From NCBI RefSeq assembly GCF_017744835.1, contig NZ_JAGIAM010000006.1:148383-212382 (forward strand): a stretch of 64,000 nt of DNA, in the 5' to 3' direction. Origin of the DNA: Sphingomonas sp. Its GTDB lineage: Bacteria > Pseudomonadota > Alphaproteobacteria > Sphingomonadales > Sphingomonadaceae. The notes below the pieces were generated by a model. It saw only the letters and a list, made by a program, of their open reading frames with translations, searched no databases and was not told where the DNA came from. The position numbers were made by a program, and so were the translations under genes. Of this stretch, positions 1 to 9,801 are shown in pieces; position 1 is the first letter of the stretch, and the number at the start of each line of letters is the position of its first letter.

Positions 1-1
1 G

Positions 2-1768
2 ATCGGCGGCGACGATGCCGTCACGATGGACCCGCGCGATCCCTTCGTCGGCGCGCAGAGCCCGAGCGTATCGGTGGGTGCGGCGCCAAAGGGGCTGTCG
101 CAATCAGGCATCGGCGTGGCGCGCGGGAAGCGGTATGCGGGCTCGCTCTGGCTTTCGGGCGACGCCGGCGCACGCGTCGAGGTCTCGCTGGTCTGGGGCG
201 CAGGGGCAGGCGACCGCCAGACGATCGCCCTTCCGGCGCCCGGCGCAGGCTGGAAGCGCGTCGCGTTCGAATTTACCCCCGCGGCCGATTCGGCCGACGC
301 CAAGCTGGAGATCACCGGCACGGGCCAGGGCCGGTTCCGCGTCGGAGCGGTGTCGCTGATGCCCGCCGACAATATCAACGGCTGGCGCGCCGACACGACC
401 GCGATCGCGAAATCGCTCAATTCCGGCTTTTGGCGCCTGCCGGGCGGCAACTTCCTGTCCAACTGGGATTGGCACGGCGCGCTCGGCCCGCGCGACAAGC
501 GCGCGCCGATGTTCGACCATGCCTGGAGCGCGATGCAGCCCAACGACATCGGCATGGACGAGTGGATGGACTTGACCCGGATTCTCGGCGTCGAGCCTTA
601 TGTGACGGTCAATGCCGGCCTCGGCGACGCCAATTCGGCAGCCGAGGAAGTCGAGTATCTGAACGGAGCGGCGACCAGCGAATGGGGCGCGAAGCGCGCC
701 GCCAACGGCCATGCCCAGCCCTATGGGGTCAAGTTCTGGAACATCGGCAACGAGCCCTATGGCTGGTGGCAGATCGGCAAGACCAGCCTCGACTATTACA
801 TGATCAAGCACCGCGAGTTCGCCGAGCGGATGCGCGCCGTCGATCCGTCGATCACGCTGATCGCCTCGGGCGCGATGCCCGATCAGCTCAAGCCGCGCGA
901 CCTAAAGGAGAATGCTTCGCTCGAGAGCATCCAGCACAAGTTCGGTACCGAGGAGGACTGGACCGGCGGCTTCTTCGCCAAGGCAATGGGTACCTTCGAC
1001 GGCATCAGCGAGCATTGGTACGATCGGCCCGAGGAGCGCCCCGGCGCACCCGCCGACGCCGAGCTGATCGAATATGCGCGCTCGCCCTCCAACCAGGTCC
1101 GCATGAAGGCCGAGGAGTGGAAGATCTACGCGCAGCGCTTCCCCGCGATCGGCGAGCGCAAGATCTTCCTGTCGATCGACGAATATGCCTATTTCGGCAA
1201 GCCGACGCTCAAGAACGCGCTCGCCTATTCGATGGTGATGCAGGAGATGCTGCGGCACACCGATTTCCTGAAGATGAGCGCCTTCACCACCGGCGCCTCG
1301 ACGATGGACATCACCCCCACCGCATCGGTGCTCAACACGACGGGCATGGTCTTCAAGCTCTTCGGCGAGCACTTCGGAGCGGGCACGATTCCGCTCGGCG
1401 TCGACGGCAACGTGCCCCAGCCCGATCCGCACTACCCGGTCGGCTTCGACCATCCCAAGGTCAACGCCGGCAGCCCGACCTGGCCGCTCGACGTGATCGC
1501 GGGGCTGAGCGCCGACGGAAAGCGGCTGCGCATCGCCGTGACCAATGCGACCTACGAGCCGCAGCGCTTCGCGGTCGACCTGCGCAGCCTCAAGGTGCGG
1601 GGCAAGGGCGTGCGCTGGCTGCTGACCGGCAAGTCGGTGGACACCGAGAACAAGGTGGGCCAGCCCGCCGGCGTGACGATCGAGCAGGGCGCGGTGCCGG
1701 CGCTCGGCGGCGCGCTGACCGTCCCCCCGATCTCCACGGCGATATTCGAATACCCCGTGGCCGAATGA
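2..1768 (+). CDS. GH51 alpha-L-arabinofuranosidase, 5'-truncated by window edge
   Basis: Motifs WRLPGGNF, EPYVTVNAG, VKFWNIGNEP (acid/base) and LSIDEY (nucleophile). Frame is open back to position 2, so the true start lies upstream. Confidence 0.85.
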   Translation: MGGDDAVTMDPRDPFVGAQSPSVSVGAAPKGLSQSGIGVARGKRYAGSLWLSGDAGARVEVSLVWGAGAGDRQTIALPAPGAGWKRVAFEFTPAADSADAKLEITGTGQGRFRVGAVSLMPADNINGWRADTTAIAKSLNSGFWRLPGGNFLSNWDWHGALGPRDKRAPMFDHAWSAMQPNDIGMDEWMDLTRILGVEPYVTVNAGLGDANSAAEEVEYLNGAATSEWGAKRAANGHAQPYGVKFWNIGNEPYGWWQIGKTSLDYYMIKHREFAERMRAVDPSITLIASGAMPDQLKPRDLKENASLESIQHKFGTEEDWTGGFFAKAMGTFDGISEHWYDRPEERPGAPADAELIEYARSPSNQVRMKAEEWKIYAQRFPAIGERKIFLSIDEYAYFGKPTLKNALAYSMVMQEMLRHTDFLKMSAFTTGASTMDITPTASVLNTTGMVFKLFGEHFGAGTIPLGVDGNVPQPDPHYPVGFDHPKVNAGSPTWPLDVIAGLSADGKRLRIAVTNATYEPQRFAVDLRSLKVRGKGVRWLLTGKSVDTENKVGQPAGVTIEQGAVPALGGALTVPPISTAIFEYPVAE

Positions 1769-1875
1769 GCGGAGCCCCGCGCGGCGGATCGGCCGCCGCG
1801 CGGGGGCTGCCATTCCTGCCATGGCAGGACGAGCGGACGCCGGTCGAACCGCGTCCGCTCAAATGACGTTCGGCT

Positions 1876-4014
1876 TCAATCGGAGCCGGGGGCCGGCTCC
1901 TGCCATTGGAACACCGTGCCGTTGCGCCGGTCGGCGGCGGCGCCGGGCCAGTCGGCGGCATAGGGCTCGCCGGTGCCGGGATCGATGCCGACATAGCGGT
2001 TGGTGCGCAACGACAGCAGCATGAACTCGCCGCGCAGCAGGTCCTGCCATTGGAAGAGGCTGGCTGCGCTCTCCGCCGGCATCAGCCGCACGTCCGCCGA
2101 CAGGCCTTCGCCCACCACTGTCAGGAACCCGCGCCCGTCGGCCGATTCGAGCGCGACGCGCCCCTGGCCGCGATCGTGGACGCGGAAGCGAATTCCGCCC
2201 TTCGCCGCCTCCTGCGATGCCGCGCCCGTGCCGTGCAGCATTCCGTGCGGACTGGCCCAGGCGAGCTCGCCATTGGCCAGGTTCCGTATCGTCACGACCT
2301 TGCCGAGCGGCAGGTTATGGCTGCGGTCGGCCAGCGGCTGGTCCAGCCGGAAGGAGTCGAAATCGGCGTAGCCGCCGGCGCGACCCTTCTCGTTGAAGGC
2401 GAACAGGGCGTAGCGCACGCCCTGGAAGGTCTTGAGCTGATAGGCGGTGCGGAGCTCCCCGCCGATCGACCTGAACGCCTTGCCGTCACTGCTCACGCTG
2501 AAGCGTGCGGTCTCGCGATCGAAGTCGCCGGCGACGCGCAACTGGAGGACCGGGCCGGCCAGCGGCTCCTCGAGCGTTTTGTCGGCCAGCTGGTCGTAGA
2601 AGCGCAGGCGGTACCCCGCACCGTCGCGCACCACGCCGAGCGTCGCGAACGGCACGTTGAGCAGCGCAAGGCCCGCATAGTCGCCGTCCTTGAGTCCGCG
2701 GGCGTCGATCTGCACGGTCGCGACCGATTCGGGCCAGACCGCGCGCTGGGTCAGGCTGTTCCGCGCCAGCAGGAAATGCGGGGCGGGAAGGGTCCCCAGC
2801 CGCAGATAGCCGCGCCGCGCACGGAGCGACCATCTGCTGTCGTCCGGCACGTGGTTCCATTGCCAAATGGGCTGGAGCTTGGGCCCCGAGAAGTCGTCGC
2901 TGTGCTGCCAGGTCGGGGCCGGCTTCTGATCCGCGCCCGTCGCCGGCTTGAGCCAGGTCACCGGGCTGCGTCCGAGGTTGCCTGGCAGCCCGAAATAGGG
3001 CCAGCCGTCCTTCCAGGTGACCGGCGACAGATAGGTCGTGCGACCCATCGACTTTCGGTCCATCATCGACCAGCCCCACCAGTCGCCATTGGGCAGCTCG
3101 ACGATGCCCCCCTGGTGCAGCGGCACCGCGCCGGCGAAATCGGGCGTCGGCGGCCCCGCGATCGCGAGCTTCGCGCCGGGGCCGGGCAGCGCCTTGCCGA
3201 GCCCGTTGTCGGTGAGCCACGCGCCGCGCTGCTGCCCCATGGTCTCGCGCGCGCTGATCGTCACCGTTTCATAGGGACCCTCCGGTCGGTCGGCGCGTGC
3301 CGCGGTCATGCGGCCGACCGGGGAGTAGTTGGCGCTGATGATGTAGTAGCGGCCGTCGATCTTGTAGAAGTGATGGCCCTCGCCCATCGCGTTGCCGGCG
3401 GGGATGATCGTCCGCTCGCTGCCTTCGATGAAGCCGCTCAGATCGGGCTTCAACTCGCTCAGCTTGACTTCGTCATAGCCGTGCACCGCGTAAATCCGGC
3501 CGTCGTCGTCGAACAGCACCGATACGTCGTGCGCCGGCCCGGGCAGCGAGCGATGCGTCCACGGCCCCGCCGGATTGGTGGCGCTGAAGATCTGCAGCCC
3601 GCGGTGGTTGATGTTCGAGAAGATGTAGAAGGTGCCGTTGTGATAGCGGATGGCCGGCGCCCAGATGCCCTGGCCATAGGTCTCCTTGCCGCCCTCCAGC
3701 CGATAGTCGGGACCCAGGTCGAGCCGGTCGAAGACATAGCCGAGCAGCCGCCAGTTCACGAGGTCCTTGGAATGCAGCACCGGAAGGCCCGGCATGACGT
3801 GCATCGTCGTGCCGGTCATATAATAATCGTCGCCGACGCGGATCACGTCCGGGTCCGAAAACTCCTCGGCGAACAAGGGATTGGTGAAGGTCCCGTTGCC
3901 GTTGTCGGGCGCCCAGCTCGTTTGCGGCGTCTGCGCGGCGGCCTGCGATGCGAGGCAGAGCGACGAGGCGGCGAGCGGCACCAGCGCCAGGGCCGCATAG
4001 TTACGGAATCGGAT
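1876..4014 (-). CDS. GH43 beta-xylosidase/arabinofuranosidase with beta-sandwich and C-terminal beta-trefoil-like domain
   Basis: FSDPDVIRVGDDYY, GIWAPAIRYHNG, HDVSVLFDDDG, EGHHFYK, HQGGIV, DDFSGPKLQPIWQWNH. The ORF track starts at GTG 3981, but RBS and signal peptide point to ATC at 4014. Confidence 0.85.
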   Translation of the reverse strand: MRFRNYAALALVPLAASSLCLASQAAAQTPQTSWAPDNGNGTFTNPLFAEEFSDPDVIRVGDDYYMTGTTMHVMPGLPVLHSKDLVNWRLLGYVFDRLDLGPDYRLEGGKETYGQGIWAPAIRYHNGTFYIFSNINHRGLQIFSATNPAGPWTHRSLPGPAHDVSVLFDDDGRIYAVHGYDEVKLSELKPDLSGFIEGSERTIIPAGNAMGEGHHFYKIDGRYYIISANYSPVGRMTAARADRPEGPYETVTISARETMGQQRGAWLTDNGLGKALPGPGAKLAIAGPPTPDFAGAVPLHQGGIVELPNGDWWGWSMMDRKSMGRTTYLSPVTWKDGWPYFGLPGNLGRSPVTWLKPATGADQKPAPTWQHSDDFSGPKLQPIWQWNHVPDDSRWSLRARRGYLRLGTLPAPHFLLARNSLTQRAVWPESVATVQIDARGLKDGDYAGLALLNVPFATLGVVRDGAGYRLRFYDQLADKTLEEPLAGPVLQLRVAGDFDRETARFSVSSDGKAFRSIGGELRTAYQLKTFQGVRYALFAFNEKGRAGGYADFDSFRLDQPLADRSHNLPLGKVVTIRNLANGELAWASPHGMLHGTGAASQEAAKGGIRFRVHDRGQGRVALESADGRGFLTVVGEGLSADVRLMPAESAASLFQWQDLLRGEFMLLSLRTNRYVGIDPGTGEPYAADWPGAAADRRNGTVFQWQEPAPGSD

Positions 4015-4225
4015 CTTCCCCTCCTGCTATTCGATCGGGATTGCGGCGCGAACTGCAGCCCGGCCCTGGAACGCCCCTTCTCTCATCGAATTTGTCCGAG
4101 TAAAAAATGGTCGAGTCAATCGGTAATCGGGCGCGAGCCGAGCCCGATCGCGCGGTCGACTCTTGGGAAAAACCGATTAGGCCCTCAGGAAGGACTCCGT
4201 CGAATTGGGAGCGAGCGGGATCGAG

Positions 4226-5239
4226 ATGCGGGACTTTCAAAAGGTGCGTGAATGGCACAATCTCGACCGCGCGCGCTTTCGCTCCGAAATCGCGCCGCTG
4301 AGGAAACCCGCCGTGCTGCGCGGCGTCGCGGCCGATTGGCCCGCGGTCCGCGCGGGGCGTGAATCGCCCGAGGCGCTCTGCGACTATCTGCGGACCTTCG
4401 ACATCGGCAGGCCCACGCCCACCTTCCTCGGGCCGCCCCAGATCAAGGGCAAGTTCTGGTACCGCGAGGACATGCGGGGCTTCAATTATCAGCAGCGCAT
4501 GGCGCCGCCGGCCGAGCTTCTCGCCGCGCTGCTGGCGATGAAGGACGAGGCCGAACCCGCCACCTTCTATGCCGGCGCGATACCCGTCTGCGAGAATTTC
4601 CCCGAGTTCTCGCGCGACAATGCCACCGACATCGTCGGCGACGGTGCCGTCGCGCGGCTGTGGATCGGCAACCGGGCGACCGTCTCGACGCACTTCGACA
4701 TGTCGGAGAATGTCGCGGTCGTCGTCGGCGGGCGCCGCCGCTTCACGCTTTTCCCGCCCGAGCAGGTCCGCAACCTCTATGTCGGTCCGTTCGATTTCAC
4801 TTTCGCCGGGCCGCCGGTCAGCATGGTCGACCTGCGCGAACCCGATCTCGAGCGATATCCGCGCTTCGCCGAGGCGCTCGAGACCGCCGAAACCGCCGAT
4901 CTGGAGCCGGGGGACGCGATCTTCATCCCCTATATGTGGTGGCACCATGTCGAGGCGCTCGATCCGGTCAACGTGCTCGCCAATTACTGGTGGGATCTCA
5001 TCGACAAGCCGTGGCAGGGCTCTCCCTTCAAGGCGCTCGCGCACGCGATCATGACCGTGCGCGACCTTCCGGCGCACGAGCGCCAGATCTGGCGCGCCTG
5101 GTTCGATCACTATGTCTTCGGCGCGGGCCATGACGCCGTCGCGCATCTGCCGCCGCAGGGCCGCGGCGCGCTGGGCGAGATGACGCCGGAGACGGCCAGG
5201 AACGTGAAGGCCTATCTGGTGGACGAGCTCAAGCGATAG
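4226..5239 (+). CDS. JmjC/cupin_8 (Pass1-like) 2OG-Fe(II) dioxygenase
   Basis: RLWIGN, STHFD (HxD), GRRRFTLFPP, LEPGDAIFIPYMWWHHVEAL (distal His). Start taken at ATG 4226. Confidence 0.85.
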   Translation: MRDFQKVREWHNLDRARFRSEIAPLRKPAVLRGVAADWPAVRAGRESPEALCDYLRTFDIGRPTPTFLGPPQIKGKFWYREDMRGFNYQQRMAPPAELLAALLAMKDEAEPATFYAGAIPVCENFPEFSRDNATDIVGDGAVARLWIGNRATVSTHFDMSENVAVVVGGRRRFTLFPPEQVRNLYVGPFDFTFAGPPVSMVDLREPDLERYPRFAEALETAETADLEPGDAIFIPYMWWHHVEALDPVNVLANYWWDLIDKPWQGSPFKALAHAIMTVRDLPAHERQIWRAWFDHYVFGAGHDAVAHLPPQGRGALGEMTPETARNVKAYLVDELKR

Positions 5240-5254
5240 GCGCGCGACGGGCGC

Positions 5255-6766
5255 CTAGGCCTGCGAGCGGCAATGCCGGTCGATGAACTCCTGGTGCGAC
5301 GGCATGCGCGCGGCGCAGGTGCGCATCACCGCGGCGATCCTTTCCATGCGATCTTCCAGCTCGGCGTCGGGCAGGATGTCCGCGATCGGATGATGGCGTT
5401 GCGGCGCCACGCGCTGCCCGTGCAGCACGGCGAGCCAGCTCGGCTCGGTGAACAGCTCGTTGTCGTGGCGGTAAAGCCGGGCGTTCTCCTTGAAGATCGC
5501 GATCCGGTCCGCCAGCGTCTGCGGGATGTCCATCGTCCGGCAATAGTTCCAGTACGGACTGTCGTCGCGCTCGGTCGCCTTGTAGTGGAGGACGATGAAG
5601 TCGCGGATCTGCTCCCATTCCAGCCGCGTCCGACGATTGTAGTAATCGATGTCGTGCTGGTTGAACTTCTTGTCGGGGAAGTTGGTCATCAGCCGCGCGA
5701 TCGCCGACTGCCCGAGATGGATCGAGGTCGATTCGAGCGGCTCGAGAAAGCCTGACGCCAGCCCCAGCGAGACGACGTTCTTGTTCCACGGCTTCCTGCG
5801 GATCCCGGCCTTGAAGCGCAGGAAATTGGGCTCCGAGATCGGCTCGCCCAGGATATCGGCGTTGAGGCTCTCCAGCGCTTGCTCGTCGCTGATGTGCTCG
5901 GAGCAATAGACATGGCCGTTGCCGGTGCGCGACTGCAGCGGGATGTGCCATTGCCACCCGGAGGACTTGGCGGTCGCGCGAGTGAAGGGGACCGGGTCTG
6001 CGATCCTGGTGGAAGCGCGCGCCACTGCGCGGTCGTTGGGAAGCCAGGCGCTCCAGTCGTCGAAGCCGGATTTCAGCGTCTGCTCGATGAGCAGCCCGCG
6101 AAACCCCGAGCAGTCGATGAACAGGTCGCCCGGCACGATCTCGCCGCTTTCGAGCGTCACGCTTTCGACGAAGCCGCTCTCGCCATGCTGCTGCACGCTG
6201 ATGACCTTGCCCTCGGTCCGCACGACGCGATGGGCTTCGGCGAATTGGCGCAGGTAGCGGGCATAGAGCGCGGCATCGAACTGGAACGCATAGGTGATCG
6301 CGCTCAGCGGCGAATTGACCTTGGTGGGGTCGGGGCGCTGGAATTTTCCGGCGCGCGCGGCGAGCGTGGCAAGGCAATAGTCGTCCAGCGGCCGCGCCGT
6401 CGCCGCTTTGGCGTGGCGCAGCCAGAAATGATGGAAGTGCAGGCCCTCCATCTCCTGGCCATAGGTGCCGAAGGGATGGATGTAGCGATCGCCGATCCGT
6501 CCCCAGTTCACGAACTCGATGCCGAGCTTGAAGGTCGCCGAGGTCTTGCGGACGAAGTCGTCCTCGTCGAGCCCCAGCAGCCGGTTGAAATAGAGGATGT
6601 GGGGGATCGTCGCTTCGCCGACTCCGACCGTGCCGATCGCATCGGATTCGATCACGCGGATCCGGATCTCGTCGTCGTGCAGCAGCTTGGACATGGCGGC
6701 CGCCGCCATCCAGCCCGATGTGCCCCCGCCCACGATGACGATGTTCCGGATCTTCAGGTCTTGCAT
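5255..6766 (-). CDS. Flavin-dependent tryptophan-halogenase-family protein (intact motifs)
   Basis: GGGTSG, GEATIP, ATFKLGIEF (catalytic Lys), GWQWHIP, GFLEPLESTS. Confidence 0.93.
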   Translation of the reverse strand: MQDLKIRNIVIVGGGTSGWMAAAAMSKLLHDDEIRIRVIESDAIGTVGVGEATIPHILYFNRLLGLDEDDFVRKTSATFKLGIEFVNWGRIGDRYIHPFGTYGQEMEGLHFHHFWLRHAKAATARPLDDYCLATLAARAGKFQRPDPTKVNSPLSAITYAFQFDAALYARYLRQFAEAHRVVRTEGKVISVQQHGESGFVESVTLESGEIVPGDLFIDCSGFRGLLIEQTLKSGFDDWSAWLPNDRAVARASTRIADPVPFTRATAKSSGWQWHIPLQSRTGNGHVYCSEHISDEQALESLNADILGEPISEPNFLRFKAGIRRKPWNKNVVSLGLASGFLEPLESTSIHLGQSAIARLMTNFPDKKFNQHDIDYYNRRTRLEWEQIRDFIVLHYKATERDDSPYWNYCRTMDIPQTLADRIAIFKENARLYRHDNELFTEPSWLAVLHGQRVAPQRHHPIADILPDAELEDRMERIAAVMRTCAARMPSHQEFIDRHCRSQA

Positions 6767-6791
6767 GTCCGCGGGCTCCGTGGGCGATCGA

Positions 6792-8300
6792 TCAGGCGAC
6801 GGGCGCGGGGCAATAGCGCGCGATGAACTCTGCGTGGGTCGGCATCCGCTCGGCCGCGCCCTCCATCCCCGCGTTCATCGTCGCGAGGCTGTGCAGCACC
6901 TCGTCGGCGGGCAGGGTGGCGACGATCGGATCGTGGGATTTGGGGATGATTCCCTGGCCGATGAGCACCGCCACCCAGCTCGAGGGGGTGAACAGCTCCT
7001 CATCGTAGCGGAAGATCCGCCCGGCCTCGCGAAACAGCTCGATCCGGTGCTGCAGGCTGTCGGGGATGTCCATCGTCCGGCAATGGTTCCAGAAGGGCGT
7101 GTCGTCGCGCCCGGTCGCCGCATAATGGAGGATGACGAAATCGCGCACCTGCTCGAATTCGGTGCGCATGTGCTTGTTGTACTCGGTCCGCACGATCTCG
7201 GGCAGGGTCGCGTCGGGGAAGAGCGATATGAAGCGGCTGATCCCTTCCTGGATCAGATAGATCGAGGTCGATTCGAGCGGCTCGAGGAACCCCGCCGAAA
7301 GGCCGATGGCGATGCAGTTCTTGGTCCAGAATTCCTCGCGGCATCCGGTGGTGAACCGGATCATCCGCGGGGACGCGGTCGCTTCGCCGTCGAGCCCGTC
7401 GAGCAGCATCGCAGTGGCTTCGTCGTCGCTGATGAAGCCGCTGCAATAGATATGGCCGTTGCCGGTGCGCTGCTGGGTCGGAATGCGCCATTGCCATCCC
7501 GCCGTCTTCGCGGTCGATCGCGTGTAGGGAGTCAGCGGCCCTGAATGCGCGCTGGGGACGGCGAGGGCGGTGTCGCAGGGAAGCCAGTGGCTCCAGTCGA
7601 CGAACCCGACGCCCAGCGCCTGCTCGGTCAGCAATGCCCGGAAGCCGGTGCAGTCGAAGAAGAACTCCCCGCCCAAGGTCTCGCCATTGTCGAGCTTCAG
7701 GCCGGTGATGAAGCCCGTCTCGGGTGCCTGCAGCACCGCCTCGATCCTGCCCTCGATCCGCCGCACGCCGCGCGCCTCGGCATAGTTGCGCAGGAAGCGC
7801 GCATAGAGTGCCGCGTCGAAATGATAGGCGTGGCGCAGATGCGACAGCACCGAGCGCGGATTGGGGTCGGGCAGGGCGAACCGGTTCCGCTTCGCGGCGA
7901 CTGCGTTCAGGCTATAGTCCTCGATCGGGCGATCATTGCCCGCGGCGCGGCTGCGCAGCCAATATTGGTGGAAGTCGATGCCGCGCATGTCGACGCCATG
8001 CTGGCCGAACGGATGCACATAGCGCGTGCCCTTGCCCCCCCAGTCGATGAATTCGATGCCGTATTTGAAGGTCGCCTGGGTGGCCTTCATGAACTCGTCT
8101 TCGCGCACGCCCAGGAAGCGGTTGTAGTTGACGATGTCGAGCACGGTCGCCTCGCCGACGCCGATCGTGCCGATCTGGTCGGACTCGACCAGCGTGACCG
8201 ACACGTCCTTGGGCTCGAGCAGACTCGAAAGCGCCGCGGCGGTCATCCATCCGGCCGACCCGCCCCCGACGATGACGATCTCCTTCAGGATCGGCTGCAT
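6792..8300 (-). CDS. Flavin-dependent tryptophan-halogenase-family protein (intact motifs)
   Basis: GGGSAG, GEATV, ATFKYGIEF, GWQWRIP, GFLEPLESTS. Confidence 0.93.
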   Translation of the reverse strand: MQPILKEIVIVGGGSAGWMTAAALSSLLEPKDVSVTLVESDQIGTIGVGEATVLDIVNYNRFLGVREDEFMKATQATFKYGIEFIDWGGKGTRYVHPFGQHGVDMRGIDFHQYWLRSRAAGNDRPIEDYSLNAVAAKRNRFALPDPNPRSVLSHLRHAYHFDAALYARFLRNYAEARGVRRIEGRIEAVLQAPETGFITGLKLDNGETLGGEFFFDCTGFRALLTEQALGVGFVDWSHWLPCDTALAVPSAHSGPLTPYTRSTAKTAGWQWRIPTQQRTGNGHIYCSGFISDDEATAMLLDGLDGEATASPRMIRFTTGCREEFWTKNCIAIGLSAGFLEPLESTSIYLIQEGISRFISLFPDATLPEIVRTEYNKHMRTEFEQVRDFVILHYAATGRDDTPFWNHCRTMDIPDSLQHRIELFREAGRIFRYDEELFTPSSWVAVLIGQGIIPKSHDPIVATLPADEVLHSLATMNAGMEGAAERMPTHAEFIARYCPAPVA

Positions 8301-8303
8301 CGC

Positions 8304-9791
8304 TCAGCGTCGATTCTGGAGCAGATATTGTTTCAGCTGCGCCATGTAATCGGCGTGGCTCGGCAGCGTATCGACCAGCTTCGCGATCTCGCTCTTCATG
8401 TTCGCGAGATACTGCCGGACGCGATCCGCCGGCGCGCGATCGGCGGAGCGGTCGTATCGGCTCGGATGGCGGCCCATCCCGCAATGCAGGATCGTCCAGT
8501 CCTCCATCTGGAACGGCTCGAGGTCATAGGCGACGAGCAGCCCGCGGTCCTCGAACAGGTCGAGCTTGCGGGCGAGCTTCTCGGGAACGGGCTCGGCGCG
8601 CGCGGCTTGCCAATAGGGCGTGTCGGGAAGACCGTCGGTTTCGAACAGCGCGCGCGAGAAGAGCGCGCAATGCTCGTGATCCTCGGCGGAGCGGCGATTG
8701 TACTCGCGGCGCTCCACCGTCATGTCGCTCGAAAAGGGGATCAGCGAAAGCAGGCGCTCGATGTCGCGCTCGAGCAGCATCAGCGGCGCCGGCGTCAGCG
8801 GCTCGACGACACCGGCCGCCTGGCCGATCGCGACGCAATTGCCCGACCATGCCTCGTCGCGCCGGCCCAGCACCGCCTCGCCGGTTCGCTCGGGCTCCGC
8901 GCCGTGCGCCGACAGCGCCTCGGCCTCGGACGCCGGATCGTACACGGTCAGCTGCGCGGTGCAGCCGCGAAGCGGCGTTTCCGAACGCCATCCATAGGCT
9001 TCCGGCGTCACCTCGCGAACCGGCGGGCCGAGCCGGGCCGCGGGTTTCCGCGTCATCGCGGCACGCAGGCGGCGCCCCCCGGTGAAGGCCGAACCGAGGC
9101 TGGACAGCAGCGACGCATCGGGGCCGGTGCAATCGATGAACAGGTCGGCTTCGAGCGACTGGCCGCCCGCCAGGCGAATCGCCGCGATGCCCTGGTCGCC
9201 GCGTACGACTTCCTCCAGCGCGCCGCGTACCCGATGCACGCGCGCGTCGTCGGTGCTCGACTGGAAGAGCCGCGCATAGGTGGCCGGATCGAACTGATAG
9301 CCATATTCCGCGCGGCTGAGCAGTTGCTCGGTCTGGCCCGGTCGCTGCGGCGGGTGCGCGAATACGCCCTTCCGCGCCGCCATGGCCGACACGAGATAGG
9401 GCTCGAGCTCCGTCTCGCCTTGTTGCGCGAGATAGTGGTGGAACAGCACCCCGTCGATCACCGGCAGCGACAAGTGGAAGCACTGGATCCAGGATCGGCT
9501 TCCGCCCGCCCAGCGCGAATAGCGGGTTCCCCAGGAAAAGGCGGCGTCGCCTTCGACAACCAGCCTGGGCTCCTGCAATCCGGTGGTCAGGTTGAACGCA
9601 TAGGCGGAGGGTGCCGAGACGCTGCCGTAGAACAGATCGGTGCCCGCGCTGTCGCCGACGTCGGCCAGCGTGATTCGGATCGCGGGCGGCAGTTGCGCCG
9701 CCATCGCGCAGGCCGTCATCTGGGCCGCCAGCCCGGTGCCGCAGATGACGACGTGCTCGATCGCCGCGGCCGATTCGCTTGGCGTGGTCAT
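8304..9791 (-). CDS. Degenerate tryptophan-halogenase-like protein (probable pseudoenzyme)
   Basis: Full length and collinear with neighbours (YGYQFD, DLFIDCTG, VAIGQAAG, EYNRR) but has GTGLAA, AAFSWG, YGWRSETP and VEPLTPAP in place of the catalytic motifs. ATG 9791 lies 10 nt after the upstream stop. Confidence 0.8.
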   Translation of the reverse strand: MTTPSESAAAIEHVVICGTGLAAQMTACAMAAQLPPAIRITLADVGDSAGTDLFYGSVSAPSAYAFNLTTGLQEPRLVVEGDAAFSWGTRYSRWAGGSRSWIQCFHLSLPVIDGVLFHHYLAQQGETELEPYLVSAMAARKGVFAHPPQRPGQTEQLLSRAEYGYQFDPATYARLFQSSTDDARVHRVRGALEEVVRGDQGIAAIRLAGGQSLEADLFIDCTGPDASLLSSLGSAFTGGRRLRAAMTRKPAARLGPPVREVTPEAYGWRSETPLRGCTAQLTVYDPASEAEALSAHGAEPERTGEAVLGRRDEAWSGNCVAIGQAAGVVEPLTPAPLMLLERDIERLLSLIPFSSDMTVERREYNRRSAEDHEHCALFSRALFETDGLPDTPYWQAARAEPVPEKLARKLDLFEDRGLLVAYDLEPFQMEDWTILHCGMGRHPSRYDRSADRAPADRVRQYLANMKSEIAKLVDTLPSHADYMAQLKQYLLQNRR

Positions 9792-9801
9792 CGCGTTCCC
9801 C

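Noticed and set aside
4109-4178. Nested short inverted repeats (AATCGGT/ACCGATT, ATCGGGC/GCCCGAT) in the GH43-cupin divergent region
   Set aside because: Only 7-bp arms, long spacer, no second occurrence; could be chance.
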